A stretch of 64,000 nt of DNA. Source: Lama guanicoe (Eukaryota). The notes beneath the pieces are model-generated. The model saw nothing but the letters and a program-made list of their open reading frames with translations. It searched no databases and was not told the origin of the DNA. Within the stretch, counting starts at the first letter, position 1. Each line of letters begins with the position of its first letter. Shown here in pieces: positions 53,453 to 64,000 of the stretch. The stretch is taken from the NCBI GenBank assembly GCA_013239625.1, contig MU053550.1, positions 47,976-111,975 on the forward strand, in the 5' to 3' direction. The translations under genes and the position numbers were made by a program.

Positions 53453-54045
53453 TGAGACAGGAGGGAAGGGGGCAGGGCACAGCCATTAAAAGAATGGCAC
53501 AGCCATTAGCACCGAGAGGGTGGAAAAGTCAAATCCCAGTAGATCTTGAGTTTAAATACACTCACTGAAATACAGCAGGATGCTAACTGGCACTCCCACA
53601 GGTGCCAGGACAGGTTCAAGGCTGACCATGAAAGGTCAAAGGGTGAGTGGTGGCCCAATTTCTGGTAATCCCAACAACTTCCCCAAAGCAGTTGGAATAG
53701 TCCTCCCACTTATTAGCATATGAAGATACTGAGTGCATAAAAACTAACAACCACACCTTGTGGCTGCTCTCTCTGCTGAGGGAAACAGCCCACACTCTGT
53801 CTGTGGAGTGTGTATCTACTTTTACTTTAAACCGGAGCACCCAACCTCCACGACTCATGGCCTTCTGAAACAGCCCACTCTGTGTGTGGAGTATATATCT
53901 GAATAAATCTACATTTACTGAACTGTGGCTCTCTCTTGGATTCTTTCCGGTGCAAACCAAGGACCCACACTTCACGAGGTGCATCTCAGGGACCCAAATA
54001 AGACCTGGGATACGGCCATCCTCTCCCCCACATTTTCCTGTATCA
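53453..54045 (+). mobile_element. Complete solo ERV1 LTR, MER41-like (593 bp)
   Basis: Termini tgagacagga...tcctgtatca (9/10 inverted match), 4-bp TSD-like flanks ttca/taca, cataaaaa TATA-like element, aataaa signal, MER41-like cactctgtctgtggagt motif. Confidence 0.85.
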
Positions 54046-54089
54046 TACATTCCTTCCCAAAGGATCTCACCTTGTGCACTCCAAAGTAG

Positions 54090-54246
54090 ACGGCACTCAT
54101 GTGTCCTGACCTGGATCTGCTTCTGCGTTTATCATTTCTTATGTCCACTAGAACGTCATCTTCATGAGGACAGGGATTTGGTTCTGTTCACAATGGAAGC
54201 ACCAGCACATCACAGGTGCTGGAGAAGTATTAGCTGAATGAATGAG
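54090..54246 (+). mobile_element. L2 3' end
   Basis: ctagaacgtcatcttcatgaggacagggatttggttctgttcac...gctgaatgaatga. Confidence 0.8.
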
Positions 54247-56316
54247 CTGTGGGAAGTCCTGGGAATTCAACCTGGAACTCCTAGCCACTTGGGTCCCAGC
54301 TGACTCCCAGTTGCTCCCTCCTACTCATGGCTGACCTCTTGCCACCACTCTCTGCTCTGCCATCACCTGAGCCTGGATGAGCTGAGATGATCACACACCC
54401 CGGAGAGCATGGCGGATGGTTCATGAGGTTGCAACACACTCGCCCTCTGACTGCCAGGGGTTACTTAGGATGGACAAACTGAAGGGAGCACCATGAGCAC
54501 TGCCCTACCCTACAACTCACTTGAAGCACCAGGAATGCACACAGAGGAAACGCTGGCCCTTTCCAACCAAAGGAGAGGGACTATGTGTGAGAAGAGGGTC
54601 TCTGTCAACTAACAGTCTCTTTACAAGCCCAGTCTTAGAAAAGCTCTTTAAAGACACTTTTGGTATCTTCCTTGTGTTTCTGTAATCCCTCTAGATTTTG
54701 TAATTTTAATCTATGCATCAGAAATACAGATGCTCTTGAAATCTCTATTGATTTTCAATGAAGAAAATCCTCAATTTCCTTCTCTGCTAGGAAAATTACT
54801 GCACTTTATATAAAAAAAAGCAGCTTCCCTTTTCAAACACCTAATTTCACAAGAATCAGTGAAGCAGGACATGAAAATCTCGCTGTGCTTTATCACCTAC
54901 TGGTGGGCAGGAATGAAATGAATGAGTACTGATCTCATGAGACGGGAAGGCTGGGGCTGTCTTATTCCTGCTACAGATGGAAGGGTCCATATCTGTGAAG
55001 GGGAGGAAGGACCAAGGATGAGAAACCAACATTTTCTAACCCATTTCTCTTTTTCAGAGTCCCAAACAAAACAGTGTGATTGCATCAACAAAACAAGAAC
55101 ATCTGCACCCTTTTAAAAGCACGCTACAAGTTTACTACTACACATGGCACTCTGTCACTGACCTAAAGGCTGGTGACAGCCGAGAAATTTGCAGTGATTT
55201 TATTCTGTGCTCATCCCTTTTTGTCTTTGGAACCTCAGGAAGTTTGCCTCCTTTCCCTGAGTGTCATTTTCCTCATCCTTCAAATGGGAGTGTAAAAGTC
55301 ATTCATTTGCTCAGTGTCTATTCAACAACAGGAGACGGCTTATGAAAACAATAATAAAAAAAAAAGCAAAACAGCAATTCTGATCTGTGCTGTCTTCCTC
55401 CTCCTCCCTGAACATGAACTTACAGGCTAAAATGGCATCTTTCACTAAATCCCGAACTTAAGGAGCAGTTCTGATAAGGAAGTCACAGGACTGCTGTGTA
55501 ACCAAGAAGTGACCTGGTGAAAAAGAATGAGTTGCCAGCAAATACTCAAAACCCGTAAGGGTGCAAACCCTGGGAGCTACAGGCATGGGTGGGAGTTCCT
55601 TAGTTCCCCATTTCACAAAGCTGAGAACTTTGCAGGGCCCATGAAAGACACAGATAGCCCAATACAACCACACCATGTTTTGGAGAACACCGGGGCCACA
55701 TCACTGCTGACCTGCACTGCTGTGTGTCCCAGAGCAAGAGCCCTGGGTGGGGGTGACTGTGTTTGAGGCTGGACAAGAACTTCCTATTCTGTCTCTTTTG
55801 CTCTCTCTCTTCCTGCAATAAAACAACTGGTAGGATTTGGTGGGGAGCACTGCACCCACATTCTCTGGCAAACCACACACCAGGCAGCTCTAGCTGATCT
55901 GAGAGAGGAATCTTAATGAACATATATGTACCAAACTCAGGCAGAAGGTTGCCTGTGACCCTGGGAATCCAAACCAGCTTGTCCTGTTAAACAGGATATT
56001 ACACATCTAAAGAAAGTGTGCACCAGATGAAGACGATGCCTTAGACAGCGTCGGTGGTTATGTCCAGCAGTGTCTAAGGGCAAGTCATGCTCTGGTAGAT
56101 GGGAGCATTTTGGTTGCTTTAAGAGTTTGCTGCTGAAGGGCTGGGACATTTCATTGGGCCTTGAAACTCCAGAACCCTTTACTCATAAAGGCAGACAAGT
56201 AAGGTGAGCCAGCTCAGCCTTTATTCCAACTTCCTAACCAAAAGGCTATGAGGTTGAAAATATATTTCTCAGACTCTTCTGCAACAAGGGTTCCAGATTT
56301 GGCTTTAAAAATGCCC

Positions 56317-56561
56317 TTTAGTGATTGAGATTTGCAAATATTAACTACTATATATAAAAATAGCTTAAAAAACTAAATTTCTTCTGTATAGCACAGGGAA
56401 CAATATTTAATATCTTTTAATAAACTTTAGTAAAAAATATGAAAAGGAATTCATACATATATATGTGAATATGAAGGACTGGAACACTGTGCTGTACATC
56501 AGATATTGACACATTGTAACTGACTATACTTCAATTAATATATATATGTATATATCTATAT
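56317..56561 (+). mobile_element. 5'-truncated L1 3' end with TSD aatgccc
   Basis: aatgccc at 56310-56316 and 56562-56568. Body ctgtatagcacagggaac...gctgtacatcagatattgacacattgtaactgactatacttcaat; tail decayed to (TA)n. Confidence 0.88.
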
Positions 56562-57924
56562 AATGCCCATCAGCAGCATGTGAGTGTCACTGAAAGCAGA
56601 AAGTCAGATGAATGGAGGCAGAGGTGGTTGGAGGAGCTACGTTATTTTGCTGGGGTGGATGCAGCCGGCATGACAGATATCTAGAAGGAATGCTCACAAT
56701 AGCCACTCACTTATCTGCAAGTGAGTTAGGTTAACAGCTTCCTGAAATCCTCCCCACCCCTCCTGATGAGTGTCTGGCGTTTTTCTGGAAATCACTAGGC
56801 GCAGCCTGGAACTCAAAGGTAAAAATTAAAAACTGCAGTCAGGCAGCGAAGAGACTGGCAGGATGCGTTGGACAAAAGTAGGTCAGAATCAACAAGGAAT
56901 GGGGAGGTGATAGAACGTGTGCTGAGGACCCTGACTTCAGGGGTGGATTGCCTATGTTGAGGACTCTGAGTCAGTATGAGTAGATGGATTGGTGTGGACT
57001 AAAATGGTGGCCATTGTTCAGATAAGTGTGTGATTTGGAGTATATTTATTTGAGGAGGGTTTTTTTTTTCCCCCTTCAACATTGATCATTTCTAGGGAGC
57101 AGAAAAATACTCTGTCACACAACATCTAAGTGCAAAAGAGATGCTACGGGATGATGGTGGTATGAAAAATTTCAGTACTGCAGTTTCAAGCTTTCCTTAA
57201 TGAGGTGCACAGCAGTAGGTACTTAAAATAAGGTACTTATAATAAAGACATCATCATATGTACATATCCTTAAAGATACACTTATGGTGCTATAAGTGGG
57301 CCTGAAATGTGTTCTGCATTCTAAAATCCGATGAAATAAAATCAGTAGCTCAATATGCTTGTCGGCTCTAAAAACATGATGTAGCTAATGATCACAGAAA
57401 GCAAGATCAGCAAGGAAATTTGAGATTTGTCTTTTCCAGTGTCAAAGTTAATATTTTTTGCTTTACTTAAAAAGCATATTTTTAATTAAGGCTGTCAGCA
57501 TCCATTGGTATACAGGGTTCAGTAGATGTGTTCAGATGTTCTAGACAGTGAATCAGAGCAAAGACTGAGGATTAGACAGTAGTTAAATGCCTCACCCGTG
57601 TGATCAGCATCCACAAACTGCTATACTGAAAATCCTTAAAAGTGAGAACTTCATTAAAGCAACGAAAAGTGAGGGGAAAAAATAGCCACAGAATAGTGGA
57701 AGTTTTGTAACGTGTAAAAATGACAAAGGGCAATTCATGAGCATATTTTTAAAAACCCCTGCACTTTAGTAAGAAAAACAACAAACTGACAACAGGTTGC
57801 ACACAGCTCCCTGTAGGAGAAGCCATGCAGATGGATTCTTATGTGAATGGGGCTGGAGATGTAGAATTAGTCTTGCAAGTAACTCAGTTAAAAACAAATG
57901 CAAATGGGATACACTTCTAGACTA

Positions 57925-60900
57925 TCTGAGTAAAAATCTTGGAAAACTGACTCCTCTATGAAGCAATGACAATGGCAAAATTTATCAAAATTAACCTCTG
58001 TAGAACTCTGGAAATTAAATCAAGGCTTCCATCAATCCAGGGAATGTTTATTTGAAGAAAAAATACAGCTAAATATCCATAAAGATAGTGAGTTTTGTGA
58101 CATTGTAACTTGATCTATCCCATCCCTGTATCCTCACCTAAATGGTGGCCATTAAAACCAATAGTCTCACAATCAAGGTAGAGGCAGAAGCGATTTAAAG
58201 TTACCCAAAAAATCCGTCCCCAGAGAGCTGTCACTATTTGACCTATCACAAACTCATGCTGTGAAAACAGCCTGTCCCCAGAGTGTGTGTGGAAAACAAT
58301 CAGCAGTGAGTATCTAACATTACAACTGCCTGAGGCAGTGGTACCAGTAGAGGCTAACTAGATGCTGACTAGGAAACTTAGAAGGCAAAATTGAGTAATG
58401 AGACATTCTGGGGGTGAAGGTAGGGTTGAAAAGCTCCAAAAATTTCTGAGAATTGTAGAAGGCAGTACACATGTGTGGAACATGGCAAGGAAAGATCTGA
58501 GAAAACCTTAAGCCTTCAACTCTGGCTGAACTTGAGGTTCTGCATAAGAAAGAACTAAAGGCTACGGAAGAGCTGCAGACTGCATGCCGGTGCTGAGGGC
58601 ATCCCTCAGCACACGGACACACAGCCACCTGGCAACAGCTCAAATGATTGTCTCCAGGCATTGAAAGAAATCACTATCCAATCATTATTACAGTGATGAC
58701 AACTAGGCTTTCTGCACACACACCAATCTCATGGCCATGCATGATAAAAAATACAGACTTTACAGAATTTGTTCATGAAAGTAAATAAATAGCTGCAGCA
58801 GCAACGACAATGGAATCAACAATAAACCCTGGAGATGAGGAAAATCAGGCTTTCAGATCTGCCACATTGTAATATTTTAAATGTCCAGTTTTCAACAGAA
58901 AGTTACAAGGTGTACAAAGAAACAGAAAAGTTTGGCCATAACAGAGGGGAAAAAGTAGTCAATAGAAACTCCCCGAGGAAGCCCAGACACTGGACTTACT
59001 AGACAAAGACATAAATAAGCAATTACACATATGTTCAAAAAGCTAACAGAAACCATGCCTAAAGAATTAAATTATGTGAACATCTCATTGTACAGAGAGT
59101 GTCAATAAATAAAATTTATACTAAAAACCAACTATAAATTCTAGAGATACAAATATAATGACTAAAATGAAAGCTTCAATAAGAGATTTCTCTGTAGATA
59201 TGAACTGGTTGAAGAAAAAGTCAGTTAACTTAAAACTACTGAGATTATCCAACCTGTGGAACAGAAAGAAAAAAGATTTAAAAAAAAATGAACACTGTGT
59301 CAGAGATAGTTGGGACACCATCAACAATACCAATACACACATAATGGGAGCGCCAGAAGGAAGGAGAGAAAAAAAGGGGCAAAAAGAATATATAAAGAAA
59401 TAGTGGCTGAAAACTTCCCAAATTTGATGAACACATTAATTTGTACAGCCCAGCAGCTCAACAAACTCCACGTGCTATAAACATAGAGACATCTAAAATA
59501 GGCACATCAGACTCAGTATGTCAAAAGACAAGAATGAAGGACCTTGACAGCAGAAAGAGAAAAGTGGCTCAACTTATAGAAAGTCTCCTCAGTAAGACAG
59601 TTGATTTCTCATCAAAAACCATGGAGAGCAGAAGACATTGGGATGGTATCGTCAAAGTGATAAAAGGAAAAGACTGTCACCAAGCATTTTATAGCCAGCA
59701 AAATGATCCTTCAAAAAAATTAAAGGAGAAATTAAGACACCCCTACAAAAACAAAATCTGAAAGAAACCATTGCTAGCAGGCCTGCCCTACAAGAAATAT
59801 AAAGGATAGTCCAGCAGGTGTAAATGAGAGGACACTCGCCTGAAAAATAAAAAGCACTACTAGATGAGTAAAAAAATAAAACAATATAAATAAAGTATTA
59901 CATGTAAATGTTTTGTTCTATTTGATGTAAAGGACAACTGCATAAAACAATACTTATGAAACTGTGTAGATGTGCTTATAATGCATAAAGGTGTTATTAG
60001 TATCACAGTGACAGCATGAGGAGGGGGAGGGAAAAGACTGATACCAAAGCAAAGTTTTGGTGTACTATTGAAATTAAGTTGGCATTCATGTGAACTAGAT
60101 TGTTTAAAAACAAGACTTTAATTATAATCTCCAGGGCAATGGAGGAGAACTAAGGAGGAGGAAGAGGAGGAGGAGGAGGAGGAGGAAAATATAAAATAAA
60201 CAACAAATTAAAATGGCACACTTGAAAATGCCTACTTTGTACAAAAAAGTGTAGTAATAGAATAATGGGGAAAAAAAGACATATAGAAAGCACATAGCAA
60301 ATGTAACTTCAACCTGATAAGAAATTACATTAATGTAATTGAATTAAACATTCTAATCAAAATATTAAATGCAGAAATAAATGGAATAGAGAATAGATGA
60401 ACAACAGAGAAAAATCAACAAAAAGAAAAGTTGGTTCTTTGAAAAGATCAACAAAATTGACAAATTTTTAGCTAGTATTAAAAAAAAGAGAGAAGATTCA
60501 AATTACTAATATGAGAAATGAAATGAAGGATGTCACTACTGCCCTTACAAAAGGAACAAGGAATATAAGGGAATACCATGGATAATTATATAGCCAATAA
60601 ATGAGATAATCTGGATGAAATGGATAAATTCCTAGAAGGACATAAATGGCTGAAGCCAATTCAAGGAGAAATAGAAAACTCAAATTATCCTACAGTAATT
60701 AGTGACGGAAATAGTAATTGAAAACATTCCCAAAAGGAAATGCTAGGCCCGTATGGCTTTGCTGGTGAATTCCATCAACTACTGAAAGAAAAAACAAAAA
60801 CAAACAAAAAAAGAAAACAATGCTTCACAAACTCATCTTAACATAAAGAGGTGGGAACACTTCCCAATTCATTCAATGAGACTAGTATCAAACTGATACC

Positions 60901-63215
60901 AAAACCAGACAATGGCAACACAAGAAAACTAAAAACTATCTCTTATGAATATAAATGCAAAAATCCTCAACAGAATACAAGCAAATCTAATCCAGTAACA
61001 TATAAAATAGACCACAATTAAGTGGGATGTATCCAGGTATGCAAAGGCAGTTCAACATACAAAAGTCAATATATGTAATACACCATATTAATAGAAAAAT
61101 GGATAAAAACTAGGAATAGAAGAGAACTTCCTTAACTTGACAGAGAACATCTATGAAAAACCAGGAGCAAAGATCATACATAATGTTGAAAGACTGAATT
61201 ATTTCCTCCCACAATCAACATTGTACTAGAGGTTCTAGTCAAAGCAACCAGACAAAGAAAATAAAGCCTCTAGATTAGAAAGAAAGAAGTAAATCTGTTT
61301 TGATTCCAAATGACATGATATTATATATTGAAATCACAAGGAATCCACAAAGGAAAAAAAAGAGAGAAAAGAAAAAATATCCTATTAAAATTAATAACCC
61401 AGTCTGACCAAAACTGTAAGACACAAATCAATATATAAAAAAGTAATTATATTTCTATACAACAGCAGTGAATAATCTAAAAATAAAATGAAGGAATCAT
61501 TTTCATTTACAATAGTATCAAAAATAATAAAATACTTAGGAATATTAAGAAAAATATGTGGAATACTGAGAAAAATGTCTGAAACTTGAATATAGAAAAC
61601 TAAAATACTACTGATAGAAGTTAAAAATGACCTAAAATAAATGGAAAGCTCTTCTGTTTCCATGGATCAGAAGCCTTATTATTTCTAGGATAGCAATTGT
61701 CCTCAAAATGACCTATAGATGCAATGCAACTCTGGCTTTTTGGCAGAAATGAACAAGTTGATCCTAAAACTAATATGGAAATGCAAGATACCCAGAATAG
61801 TCAAAACAATCTTGAAAAAGAACAAAGTTTTGAAGTTTCCAAATTCAAAACTGACTAACAAAACTGTAATCCATAGAGTGTGGTACTTGCATAAAGGACA
61901 GAAAAATAGATTTAGAGAAAATTATTGAGTCCATAAACAAACTCTTACACGTAGCCATTTAATTTTTGACAAAGGTGCCGTGACAATCCAATGGGGAAAA
62001 GATAATCTTTACAAAAATGATGCTGGGACGCCTGCACAAACAACTGGAAAGAAAGAAAATTGAACTTTTATCTTAACACCATTTAAGAAAGTTAACTGAA
62101 AATAAATCACAGACCTGACACTATAAAACTTTTAGGAAATGAACAATGAGAAAATCTTCAGGACTTTGGATTACAAATACTTGTAATAAATGACACCAAA
62201 AGCACAAACAACAAAAGAAAAAAAATCAAGTAAACTGGACTTAAGTAAAATTAAAAACTTCTGTGCTTCAAAGGACTACATCAAGAAAGTAAGAAGACAA
62301 TCCACAGAATGGATGAAATTATTTCCAATATTTTCCCTGATAAGGGACTTTTATCCAGAATAGACAAAGGAGACTTAAAACGTGACAATACAAAGACCAA
62401 TTAAAATGGGCAAAGAATTTGAATAGATGTTTCTCCAAAGAAGACATAAGAATGGGAAATAAGCACATAAAAAGATGTTCAACATCAGTAGGCATTAGGG
62501 AAACAGAAATCAAAAGCACAATGACATGCCAATTCATACCAACTAGGATGACAAATATATATGATATATGATATATAAATATGTATCTATAAACCCGGTA
62601 ATAAAAAGTGTTGAGGATGTGAAGAAACTGGACTCCTCATACATTACTACTGGAAATATAAAATGGTGCAGTCCCTTTAAAAACTATTTCAGCCATTCCT
62701 CAAAATTTTAAAAATAGAATACATCCCAGCAATTCCATTTTCTGATATATCCTCAAGAAAACTGAAAGTATGTGTTCACACAAAAACTTGTCCATGAGTA
62801 TTTGCAGCAGAATTATTCATCATCAACTGATGGATGGATAAGCAATGTGGAGTATTTATAACAATGGCATATTACTTGAACACAAAAAGGAATTTGGGTA
62901 CTGTTATATGCTACAGCATGGATGAGCCTAGACAACGTCACACTAAATGAAAGACAACAATCAAAAAAGGCAGCATACTGTATGGTTCTACTTATATGAA
63001 ATGCCCAGAACAGGCAAATCTGTAGAGGCAGAAAGTAGAGTGGTGGCTGCTGGGGGCTAAGGGAAAGGAAGGTTAGGGACTGACTTACTAAAGGGTACCT
63101 GTTCCTTTTGAGGGTGATGGCTACAAAGCCCTGAAATGTACTTAAAACCCTAATGCACACTTTCAAAGGCTGCATTTTATTGTATGTGAATTATACCTCC
63201 ATAAAGCTGTTATTC
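57925..63215 (+). mobile_element. Long, degenerate, internally deleted L1 (L1MB-like)
   Basis: ORF1-like remnants (RDSWDTINNTNTHIMGAPEG; DFSSKTMESRRHWDGIVKV), ORF2 remnants (KLILKLIWKCKIPRIVKTILKKNKV), 3' end gtgaattatacctccataaagctgtt. Many stops; most of the endonuclease region is absent near 60380. (GAG)n at ~60153-60186. Confidence 0.9.
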
Positions 63216-63219
63216 TTGA

Positions 63220-64000
63220 AGCTAAGCCCACCTATGGAGCAACTGGCATAGCACTGACTGCGGCATCCGGAGGGGGAGGGAACCACCTGCCCACCACGAA
63301 GGAGAGCAGCACCTGACCCGGTGTTGGAGGGGCACGATATTCTTGCTGATGGACACTGTGAGTAGCACAGACGAGGGGGCCAACAGAGCAAGCTGAGTTC
63401 GTGAAACAGGGCAAAGACACAAAGACCTCTCAATAAAATCATTAAGAGCACACAGTCTCTAGGAGAAAACTTCTATTTTTAAAATCTTTCTATATCTGTT
63501 TTATTTTCTATTATCTTTTTAATCTTTACTTTTTAAACAGTTCTATATGTTTACAGTTCTCATTTCATTTTTAATTCTCTTGGTTTTGATCTGTTATTGA
63601 TTATTCACAGGTTTCATATATTGTGTTTTGATTTTTTTCTTCTTTTTGTTAAGGCTTTTAAAAGACTTCTCAACTTGACTGCTATTCTGCTTCAACTTGC
63701 TCTTCTATTATTGATTATACACTGTTTTCAAACCTTCTTTTCCTCCATTCTTTTAAAATTCTCTCTCTCTCTCGTTTTTAAGTTATATTTCCACATAGTC
63801 TTTAGATAGATAAATAAATAAACTCCTTTAAGGACCATAATAGATAACTGATACTCCTTAAGCCACAGTGCCAGAGATATATGAGCAGTATGAAAAAGCA
63901 GAGGAAGTATTCCCAATTAAAAGAACAAGAGAAATCCCCTGAAAGTATGATCAATGAAATAGACATTGATGGCCTACTAGATCAAGATTTCAAAAAGGAA
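63220..64000 (+). mobile_element. Younger L1: distal 5'UTR and start of ORF1 (runs off the window)
   Basis: GC-rich then T-rich UTR. Open frame from 63881 reads MSSMKKQRKYSQLKEQEKSPESMINEIDIDGLLDQDFKKE, resembling a laurasiatherian L1 ORF1p N-terminus. Confidence 0.85.

Noticed and set aside
56270..56305. Possible remnant of the preceding ANO6 exon (~10)
   Set aside because: Only a weak ctgca...agggttcca resemblance, with no splice sites or peptide match. No exon 10 was found in 49.5-64 kb.

Overview
Mammalian genomic DNA from a gapped draft assembly (N-runs at 277-623, 10341-10627, 36568-36797, 39714-39827, 41209-41526, 41653-41937, 47332-47366, 47495-47860). It is probably a camelid, inferred from Vic-1-like tRNA-derived SINEs and cetartiodactyl-type L1 3' ends. 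I found no intact protein-coding gene. The window has three parts. (1) 1-14.6 kb: repeat-studded sequence with no recognisable gene. (2) About 14.6-22.24 kb: an array of ~31 copies of a ~249-bp satellite. It contains a fold-back inversion at ~16.75 kb, an A/B dimer block on the left, and a homogeneous core flanked on both sides by a shared diverged variant. (3) 22.25-49.5 kb, minus strand: an intron-containing, heavily disabled copy of ANO6/TMEM16F (human-equivalent exons ~11-18, numbered from memory), apparently cut 17 nt into exon 18 at the satellite edge. L2, MIR, LTR and L1 elements fill the rest. The best reading is a satellite-bounded segmental-duplication or rearrangement mosaic. I see no evidence for a novel protein-based system; the most interesting signals are the satellite architecture and its junction with the ANO6 pseudogene. 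Homology and repeat-family calls were made by eye from recalled sequences and need confirming by alignment and RepeatMasker.
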